From Raphidiopsis brookii D9 (GTDB lineage Bacteria; Cyanobacteriota; Cyanobacteriia; Cyanobacteriales; Nostocaceae), in the NCBI GenBank assembly GCA_000175855.1, contig ACYB01000040.1, positions 1 through 32,000 on the forward strand: a DNA stretch of 32,000 nucleotides, in the 5' to 3' direction. The notes under the pieces are model-generated. The model worked only from the letters and a program-made list of their open reading frames with translations, was not told the origin of the DNA and made no database searches. The first letter of the stretch is position 1. Each line of letters begins with the position of its first letter. The position numbers and the translations under genes were made by a program. This document shows, piece by piece, positions 25,727-32,000 of the stretch.

Positions 25727-26398
25727 ATGACCAACCTAAAACTATATTTTGCCAAGGGATCCACCTTTTCTCAAAGGACCCGCGTTGTGTTACTGGAAAA
25801 AGGGGTTGAATTTACACCTATTGAAATTGATCTACAAAATAAACCGGAAATATTCACCCAAACTTCTGCATACGGCAAGGTTCCCGCTATTAAGCATGGA
25901 GACTTAGCAATATACGAATCAGCAATTATCAATGAGTATCTAGAAGAAGTATTCCCTCAGCCAGCCCTATTACCCAAAGATCCAGGAGCAAAAGCATGGG
26001 CCAGAATTTGGATTGATTACGCTAATACGCGGCTAGTTCCAGCCTTTAATAAGTTACTGCGTGGTAAAAATAATGAGGAACAAGAGCAAGGGCGTAGAGA
26101 ATTTTCAGAATCCTTACTGTATATTGAGAACAAAGGACTGGGACAAGTCTCCGGCAATGGACCCTACTGGCTAGGGGAAAATCTGAGTTTAGTGGATATT
26201 AGTTTCTATCCTTGGTTTGAAAGATTACCGGTTTTAGATAAATTCCGTAATTTTTCCCTTCCGGAAGAAACTCCCCGATTACAGGAGTGGTGGCAGAACT
26301 TGCGTCGTCGAGAATCAATTCAAAGTGTGGCTAATCCCACGGAATTTTATATAGATAGGTTTACTAGGCTGTTCGGATTAACAGGTCTATCAAAATGA
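25727..26398 (+). CDS. Glutathione S-transferase family protein (omega/lambda-like fold with Ser in the active-site position)
   Basis: The track ORF starts at TTG 25724; ATG is at 25727. [48 protein letters not shown], and C-domain [15 protein letters not shown]. Confidence 0.8.
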   Translation: MTNLKLYFAKGSTFSQRTRVVLLEKGVEFTPIEIDLQNKPEIFTQTSAYGKVPAIKHGDLAIYESAIINEYLEEVFPQPALLPKDPGAKAWARIWIDYANTRLVPAFNKLLRGKNNEEQEQGRREFSESLLYIENKGLGQVSGNGPYWLGENLSLVDISFYPWFERLPVLDKFRNFSLPEETPRLQEWWQNLRRRESIQSVANPTEFYIDRFTRLFGLTGLSK

Positions 26399-26407
26399 AG
26401 AACTTGT

Positions 26408-27433
26408 ATGGCGCAATTTACCGACAATTTACTGCTCACACATGGAATTAGGCCGATAGTCACATTGACTATCTGGTTACTATGGTCACTGAGTAGTTGG
26501 CTATGGATAGATTTACCAGCTTTGGCAGTAAATAATCCTTGTCCGCAGGGCATGATACTAATTCCCGGAGGTACCTTGAAAATGGGGACAGACAATTCTG
26601 TTTTTGCAGAAGAGAGACCCTCTAAGAATGTGACAGTTGATTCCTTTTGTATGGATAAATACGAAGTAACAAATGCTGAATTTGCTAAATTTGTTACAGC
26701 TACCGGGTATATAACAGTTGCAGAATTACCCCTGTCCAAGGAACAATTTCCCGATCTAACTGAGCAACAAAGATCACCGGGATCTCTAGTGTTTAAAATG
26801 CCAAGACAGGGTGAAATTCCCTTTTTGAGTTGGTGGCATTGGCTTCCTGGGGCTAACTGGCAGCATCCCCTGGGCAATAAAAGCGAAATATTAGATAACT
26901 ATCCTGTTGTCCACATAGCATATCAAGATGCCCTGGTTTTTGCTGATTGGTTGGGCAAGTCCTTGCCAACGGAAGCTCAGTGGGAATACGCTGCACGGGG
27001 TGGTTTAGAGGATGCAACTTATACCTGGGGTAATAAATATTCAGAAATAAAAGCTAACACTTGGCAGGGGACATTTCCGTTTCTGAACACTAAAGTTGAT
27101 GGTTATGTAGGTCTGGCTCCAGTGGGTTCTTTCCCGGCTAACGGTTACGGATTGTATGATATGGCGGGTAATGTTTGGGAGTGGACTGTCGACTGGTTTA
27201 CTGTAGAAGATAAACACTCTGTTAATCAAGTCTCAGAACATGAAATCTCAAAAACAAGAAAAAGTTTTGATCCAAACAAACCTGGAGAAACTTTACTACA
27301 TGTTATCAAAGGTGGCTCTTACCTATGTGCGCCCAATTACTGTAGTCGTTACCGTCCAGCTGCGCGGGAATCTCAAGCACCAGATACAGGGACGAATCAC
27401 ATTGGGCTTCGCCTGGTAAAAAATTTGTATTAG
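26408..27433 (+). CDS. Formylglycine-generating enzyme (SUMF1/FGE-sulfatase domain) with N-terminal signal/anchor
   Basis: 341 aa, starting 9 nt after the GST stop. MILIPGGTLKMG, VTNAEFAKFV, PVVHIAYQDALVFADWLGKSLPTEAQWEYAARGG, NGYGLYDMAGNVWEWT, and GGSYLCAPNYCSRYRPAAR. Hydrophobic N-terminus IVTLTIWLLWSLSSWLWIDLPALA. Confidence 0.9.
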   Translation: MAQFTDNLLLTHGIRPIVTLTIWLLWSLSSWLWIDLPALAVNNPCPQGMILIPGGTLKMGTDNSVFAEERPSKNVTVDSFCMDKYEVTNAEFAKFVTATGYITVAELPLSKEQFPDLTEQQRSPGSLVFKMPRQGEIPFLSWWHWLPGANWQHPLGNKSEILDNYPVVHIAYQDALVFADWLGKSLPTEAQWEYAARGGLEDATYTWGNKYSEIKANTWQGTFPFLNTKVDGYVGLAPVGSFPANGYGLYDMAGNVWEWTVDWFTVEDKHSVNQVSEHEISKTRKSFDPNKPGETLLHVIKGGSYLCAPNYCSRYRPAARESQAPDTGTNHIGLRLVKNLY

Positions 27434-27544
27434 TTCCCGAAATTGCCTATGGGAATTTTTGCCTCATTTTTCATACACGAGTTTATATACAATTTCATAG
27501 ATAAGTTCATACACAAATTCAAAGCTTTATAATTAGGCAAGTCT

Positions 27545-29887
27545 ATGCTGTATACAATATTGCATAAAGTTTCACGATTACTCTTTTCGTTATTTTTTGT
27601 GTCATGGCTAGCTGTAACTAGTCCTGCTCTTGCGAGTACACCCAGTGTTCTACCAATTGAGCCACCCTCTTTTGAAGGTAAAATTGGTTTATCTTACAAA
27701 GATTCTAAACCAGACTTTCCTAAGCAAATTAGGGCTCCAGAAAAAGCTCCTAATGTATTACTAGTTCTGTTAGATGATGTAGGTTTTGGACAAGCCAGTA
27801 CCTTTGGTGGACCAATAGAAACTCCCAACTTGACTCGTTTAGCACAACAGGGACTGCAATACAACCACTTTCACACCACTGCTCTTTGCTCACCTACAAG
27901 AGCTGCTTTACTCACTGGAAGGAATCATCATGCTGTTGGGACAGGGGTAGTGTCCGAATTGGCTACGGGTTATCCTGGCTACACGACCATTTTACCTAAA
28001 AGTGCTGCCACCGTAGCCGAAATTCTGCGCCAGAATGGTTATAATACAGCAGCCTTCGGTAAGTGGCACAATACACCAGATTACGAAACCAGTGCTGCTG
28101 GACCTTTTGACCGTTGGCCAACAGGATTAGGATTTGAATACTTTTACGGCTTTTTAGGCGGCGATACTAACCAATGGAGTCCTGCTTTAGTAGAAAATAC
28201 CCAGCGAATTACACCACTTAGTAATCAATCTAACTATCATTTGACTCCGGATTTAGTTGACCATGCCATTAGCTGGATTCGTACTCAAAACTCCATAGGA
28301 CCAAATAAGCCCTTTTTTGCATATCTAGCCACTGGAGCCACCCATGCACCTCACCATGCGCCCCAGAATTGGATTGAAAAATATCGAAGCAAATTTGATC
28401 AAGGTTGGGATAAATTACGTCAAGAAACCTTTGCCCGTCAGCAACAACTGGGTGTAATTCCCCGGGATGCCCAACTTACTCCTCGTCCGAAGGAACTACC
28501 CGCCTGGGATTCCCTCACCCTAGAGGAGCAAAAAATCTATAGCCGGGAAATGGAAGTATTCGCCGGCTTTTTGTCTCACACAGATTATGAAGTGGGAAGA
28601 TTAATTAATGCCATTGATCAATTAGGAGAATTAGCTAATACATTAATTATTTATATTGTAGGTGATAACGGGGCTAGTGCTGAAGGTGGTCTAACTGGTA
28701 GTGTTAATGAATTGAAGGTATTCAATGGAATAAAGGAAACAAAAGAACAAATTTTAGAATCCTTAAATGATTTAGGCGGTCCTCAGACCTTTAATCATTA
28801 TCATGCAGCCTGGGCATGGGCCGGAAGTACCCCCTTTCAATGGACAAAGCAAATAGCATCTCACTTTGGTGGTACCCGCAATCCCTTGATAATTACTTGG
28901 GGTGAAAAAATTAAACAGCCAGGACTGCGCAGTCAATTCCACCATGTAATTGATATTACGCCTACTATTCTGGAAGCAGCGGGAATTACTTTACCCAGTA
29001 AGGTTAATGGTGTAAAACAACAAAAGATTGATGGCACGAGTTTGGTCTATACATTTAAGGATTCCCAAGTAGCTTCCCAACGGCAAACTCAGTATTTTGA
29101 AATATTTGGCAATCGAGCTATTTATGACCATGGTTGGATAGCAGCTGCTCGTCATCCCCGATTACCTTGGCAAGGTACAATTAAAGCTGATTTTGATCAA
29201 GATCAATGGGAACTATATAACATCGAAAAAGATTTTAGTGAAGCTAATAACCTAGCAGATACAAATCCCCAGAAGCTCCAAGAACTACAAAAATTATTCC
29301 TATCGGAAGCCAAGAAAAATAATGTTTTACCCCTAGATGATCGAATTTCTGAAAGGTTTGGCGTTCAAAATCGTCCCTCCCTAGCTGCAGGGCGTGCAAG
29401 ATTCACCTATTATAGTGATGTTAGCATTCCCGAAGGTAGTGCGCCTAACATTAAAAATCGGTCATTCAGTATTATTGCTGAAATAGACACGTCAGAAAAC
29501 GGTGCATCAGGCGTTCTATTGTCACAAGGTGGAAGATTTGCCGGTTGGGGGTTGATTGTGGATGATAGTAAACCAGCGTACGTATATAACTTGGCTAATA
29601 CGGAGCGATACATTATCCAATCTCCCGAAAAATTACCAGTGGGTAAATCCACTGTCCAATTTGAGTTTGATTATGACGGTGGTATAGGTGCTGGAGGGAC
29701 TGGGAAATTATTTGTCAACAATCAACAGGTAGCAGTAGGTCGAATAGCAAAAACCATACCCTATCGTATTGCTCTGGATGAAACTTTCGATGTTGGTCGA
29801 GATACAGGAACACCAATTATTGATAGCTATCAAGTTCCCTTTGCATTTACAGGTAACCTGAAAAAAATTACCTTGGATTTACGTTAA
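27545..29887 (+). CDS. Cys-type arylsulfatase (type I sulfatase, large 780-aa form) with Sec signal peptide
   Basis: Signal LLFSLFFVSWLAVTSPALAS. NVLLVLLDDVGFG, FGly motif ALCSPTRAALLTGRNHH, GKWHN, and VGDNGAS. Confidence 0.95.
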   Translation: MLYTILHKVSRLLFSLFFVSWLAVTSPALASTPSVLPIEPPSFEGKIGLSYKDSKPDFPKQIRAPEKAPNVLLVLLDDVGFGQASTFGGPIETPNLTRLAQQGLQYNHFHTTALCSPTRAALLTGRNHHAVGTGVVSELATGYPGYTTILPKSAATVAEILRQNGYNTAAFGKWHNTPDYETSAAGPFDRWPTGLGFEYFYGFLGGDTNQWSPALVENTQRITPLSNQSNYHLTPDLVDHAISWIRTQNSIGPNKPFFAYLATGATHAPHHAPQNWIEKYRSKFDQGWDKLRQETFARQQQLGVIPRDAQLTPRPKELPAWDSLTLEEQKIYSREMEVFAGFLSHTDYEVGRLINAIDQLGELANTLIIYIVGDNGASAEGGLTGSVNELKVFNGIKETKEQILESLNDLGGPQTFNHYHAAWAWAGSTPFQWTKQIASHFGGTRNPLIITWGEKIKQPGLRSQFHHVIDITPTILEAAGITLPSKVNGVKQQKIDGTSLVYTFKDSQVASQRQTQYFEIFGNRAIYDHGWIAAARHPRLPWQGTIKADFDQDQWELYNIEKDFSEANNLADTNPQKLQELQKLFLSEAKKNNVLPLDDRISERFGVQNRPSLAAGRARFTYYSDVSIPEGSAPNIKNRSFSIIAEIDTSENGASGVLLSQGGRFAGWGLIVDDSKPAYVYNLANTERYIIQSPEKLPVGKSTVQFEFDYDGGIGAGGTGKLFVNNQQVAVGRIAKTIPYRIALDETFDVGRDTGTPIIDSYQVPFAFTGNLKKITLDLR

Positions 29888-29973
29888 CAAAAACTTTGGG
29901 TAGACAATTCCTATGAATCAAATTACCTCCCTTCTTTTCCCCATATTCGATAAAAATTGCATTCCTATTATTT

Positions 29974-30891
29974 GTGGTTGCCACAATGTTTGGCACTGGA
30001 TTAAAACTAACTTTACAGGAAATTTGGCAACCATTAGCTAATACTCGTTTAGTGATATTTTCCTTGATCACAAATTTTTTGCTAGTTCCTGTTTTCGTGT
30101 ATTTGCTTTTGACTGTAATATCTGTAACCGAACCAGTAAAAGATGGTTTTATGATTATGGCATTAGCTTCTGGACCTCCAGCTCTACCAAAACTTGCAGA
30201 AATAGTCAAGGGTAATTTGGCCTTTGCTACTGGACTGATGATGCTATTAATGCTGGGTACGGTATTTTATCTGCCAATTACACTACCCTTCTTTATAGAA
30301 GGGGTGCAAATAACCCCTTGGGATATTGGTAAACCTTTGATATTTATGATGATTATCCCTTTAGTGATTGGGCTATCGATTAAATTAATTAAATTTGAAT
30401 CCGAAGATATAGTGATCAAACTGCAAGCAATTACTTTTCAAATATCTAACTTCGGGTTGCTATTAGGTTTGGGAGTGAGGTTGATAGTACATTTTGACGA
30501 AATTCTTCTTCTGTTGAAAACCGGTGTAATTTTTATCTGTGCTGTTTTTATTATCTTTTCCTTCAGTGTGGGTTATTTGTTAGGTGGACCAGGCGTTGAC
30601 ACTCAAAGAGTTTTAGGCGTAGGAACTGCTCAACGTAATTTTGCTGCAGCATTATTAATAGGTACAAGTAATTTTGATGATCCTAATGTTGTAAGTATCA
30701 TTATGGTGACAAGTTTATTAATGATGGTTTCTGTGCTGGTTCTAGGAAAAAATCTTACTGAACTGGAACCAGCTACCACGAAAAGAATTACAAATCTAAA
30801 GAGTTACAGATCTTTTGATTTCCACTTGTTGTACATTAATTCCATAAAATGTATTAGTAAATACATTATTTCCTTTTCCCCTACTGCGTGA
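29974..30891 (+). CDS. Bile acid:sodium symporter (BASS/SBF) family transporter, 5' end disrupted or atypical
   Basis: ORF from GTG 29974. ATMFGTGLKLTLQEI and ALASGPPALPKLAEIVKGNLAFATGL fit the SBF signature blocks; multi-pass hydrophobic. A candidate N-terminus lies in another frame (see findings). Confidence 0.7.
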   Translation: MVATMFGTGLKLTLQEIWQPLANTRLVIFSLITNFLLVPVFVYLLLTVISVTEPVKDGFMIMALASGPPALPKLAEIVKGNLAFATGLMMLLMLGTVFYLPITLPFFIEGVQITPWDIGKPLIFMMIIPLVIGLSIKLIKFESEDIVIKLQAITFQISNFGLLLGLGVRLIVHFDEILLLLKTGVIFICAVFIIFSFSVGYLLGGPGVDTQRVLGVGTAQRNFAAALLIGTSNFDDPNVVSIIMVTSLLMMVSVLVLGKNLTELEPATTKRITNLKSYRSFDFHLLYINSIKCISKYIISFSPTA

Positions 30892-30918
30892 AAATCCCCA
30901 GTTGTTATTGGGGATTTT
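30891..30918 (+). terminator. Intrinsic terminator after the BASS gene
   Basis: aaaatcccca (30891-30900) pairs perfectly with tggggatttt (30909-30918) around an 8-nt loop. This gives a GC core UCCCCA/UGGGGA followed by UUUU, immediately after the TGA at 30889-30891. Confidence 0.55.
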
Positions 30919-31096
30919 CAGTAAAAAAAATCTATTTTTCTGCACGAAAATACTTGCACTTTTATTTTTTTTATGGCACAATCTATAAAAGTACAGTAAA
31001 TCAGTAGATTTTATGTAGATTTTGTGTGAAGTTTGGGAGCAGCTAATCTGAACATTACCCAAGCGTAAGGAAAATTATCAATTAGGAGGTTTTGAC

Positions 31097-31903
31097 ATGG
31101 TGTCTCAGGTTAAGGGGATGAAATTAAACTTGGAGCGGTTAAGTAAGTCTTTTGGGACAAAGAAAGTATTGGAAAATGTGGATTTAGAAGTTCGTCCAGG
31201 AGAGTTCGTGGCAATTGTTGGTCGCAGTGGCTGCGGTAAAAGCACAATGTTGCGTTTAATTGCTGGATTGGAAGAAACTACTAATGGTAGTGTCCTTTTA
31301 AATAATAAGCATACAGAACAGCGAATTAATCCAAGTATTCGGATGATGTTTCAAGATGCCAGACTATTACCTTGGCAAAAAGTATTAACAAATGTTGAGT
31401 TGGGTTTATTGGGTTCTAACTCCCAGGTTTATGCAAAGCAAACTGCTTTACAAATATTGCGCGAGGTAGGACTAGAAGACAGATCTCATGAATGGCCATC
31501 AGTTTTGTCCGGTGGACAAAGACAAAGAGTGGCTTTAGCCAGAGCTTTAGCAAGTAAACCCTCCTTATTACTACTAGATGAGCCTTTGGGAGCGCTAGAT
31601 GCTTTAACGAGAATTGAAATGCAGCAATTAATAGAAAGATTATGGCAAGAACAGGGATTCACAGCACTCTTAATTACCCATGATGTAGAAGAGGCAGTAG
31701 TGTTAGCAGACCGTGTGGTTCTCATAGAAAATGGCAGCATTGTCCTGGACGAAAAAATTTCTTTACCCCGTCCGCGAGCCAGAGGTGATGCGGAATTTGC
31801 TAAGACCGTAGAGAAGATTCTAAACCGAGTTATGGGAGAACCAAAAATTCAGCGAGAGTTTGATTATGTTCTGACCACTGCCACTTCCTCGCTGCACAAT
31901 TAG
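31097..31903 (+). CDS. ssuB: Aliphatic sulfonate/taurine-type ABC transporter ATP-binding protein
   Basis: 268 aa, with AGGAGG 8-13 nt upstream of the ATG. Walker [10 protein letters not shown], signature [15 protein letters not shown], Walker [13 protein letters not shown], and ITHD. Confidence 0.9.
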   Translation: MVSQVKGMKLNLERLSKSFGTKKVLENVDLEVRPGEFVAIVGRSGCGKSTMLRLIAGLEETTNGSVLLNNKHTEQRINPSIRMMFQDARLLPWQKVLTNVELGLLGSNSQVYAKQTALQILREVGLEDRSHEWPSVLSGGQRQRVALARALASKPSLLLLDEPLGALDALTRIEMQQLIERLWQEQGFTALLITHDVEEAVVLADRVVLIENGSIVLDEKISLPRPRARGDAEFAKTVEKILNRVMGEPKIQREFDYVLTTATSSLHN

Positions 31904-31904
31904 T

Positions 31905-31931
31905 TGTTAATTGAGTGTTAATTGAGTGTTA
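31905..31931. repeat. 11-nt tandem repeat (tgttaattgag x2 plus partial third unit) overlapping a small hairpin
   Basis: Units at 31905-31915 and 31916-31926, then tgtta. agtgtt (31925-31930) pairs with aacact (31934-31939) over a 3-nt loop, followed by agtttctc. Confidence 0.5.
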
Positions 31932-32000
31932 AAAACACTAGTTTCTCATCTCACAAGTTATTTAATGACTGACTTAATTATGAAAAGCATCATGAACAGT

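Noticed and set aside
26347-26877. 176-aa minus-strand ORF
   Set aside because: It lies antisense to the FGE gene, whose identity is unambiguous, and has no motifs.
29868-31062. Minus-strand ORFs 29868-30209 and 30796-31062
   Set aside because: The first is antisense to the sulfatase end and the BASS start. The second spans the BASS terminator and the AT-rich ssuB promoter region. Both have implausible composition.
31980-32000. Possible start of a further gene (ATG 31980, MKSIMNS...)
   Set aside because: Only 7 codons are visible and there is no clear ribosome-binding site, so it cannot be supported as a feature. It is mentioned only as a hint that the ssuB operon continues.
1-32000. CRISPR arrays, tRNA/rRNA genes, IS elements or transposases, prophage or toxin-antitoxin modules
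   Set aside because: I looked for regularly spaced direct repeats, cloverleaf-compatible GC-rich ~75-nt segments, and DDE/HTH/integrase motifs among all track ORFs, and found none. The only repeats are the short ones reported above.

Overview
AT-rich DNA with 10 perfect HIP1 octamers (GCGATCGC), a GUN4-domain gene, an SLH+OprB porin and PBS-lyase-type HEAT repeats. This is almost certainly a cyanobacterial chromosome segment, probably from a filamentous Nostocales-like organism. The left ~1.9 kb holds the tail of an unknown CDS, a GUN4-domain gene and a degraded DUF499/BrxC-like ATPase fragment. The rest of the window reads as one sulfur-scavenging island in seven transcription blocks. (i) ssuA-like lipoprotein + AprA-like flavoprotein + AprB-like ferredoxin + HEAT-repeat protein (+, 2.0-6.3 kb). 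(ii) DUF4242-like protein, acyl-CoA-dehydrogenase-fold (MsuC/SfnB/DszC-like) protein, ABC ATPase, NrtA/CmpA-type Tat substrate-binding protein, beta-carbonic anhydrase, ABC permease (-, 11.4-6.2 kb). (iii) tauD + peroxiredoxin-like protein (-). (iv) SLH/OprB porin, second ssuA, Tat-exported vanadium-haloperoxidase/PAP2-like protein, NfsA-type flavin reductase (+, 13.9-19.6 kb). (v) Cys-type GST, Tas-like aldo-keto reductase, FrdA/SdhA-superfamily flavoprotein, 2x[4Fe-4S] ferredoxin, D-2-hydroxyacid dehydrogenase (-, 25.2-19.7 kb). (vi) Ser-type GST, formylglycine-generating enzyme, Cys-type arylsulfatase, BASS-family transporter (+, 25.7-30.9 kb). (vii) an ssuB-like ATPase opening a further operon (+). 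I found no rRNA, tRNA, CRISPR array, transposase or transcription-factor gene. Five observations stand out. First, a subset of the proteins is extremely depleted in Cys and Met: proteins of 602, 305 and 223 aa have no sulfur amino acid beyond the initiator. Second, a dissimilatory-type AprAB-like pair plus a HEAT protein sits where ssuD would normally be. Third, a clade-D-like beta-CA is translationally coupled inside an NrtA-type ABC operon. Fourth, the haloperoxidase-like protein lacks the SGH histidine. Fifth, a 29-nt direct repeat with a palindromic core lies in the tauD/porin divergent control region. All functional calls rest on motif recognition by eye; no database search was possible.
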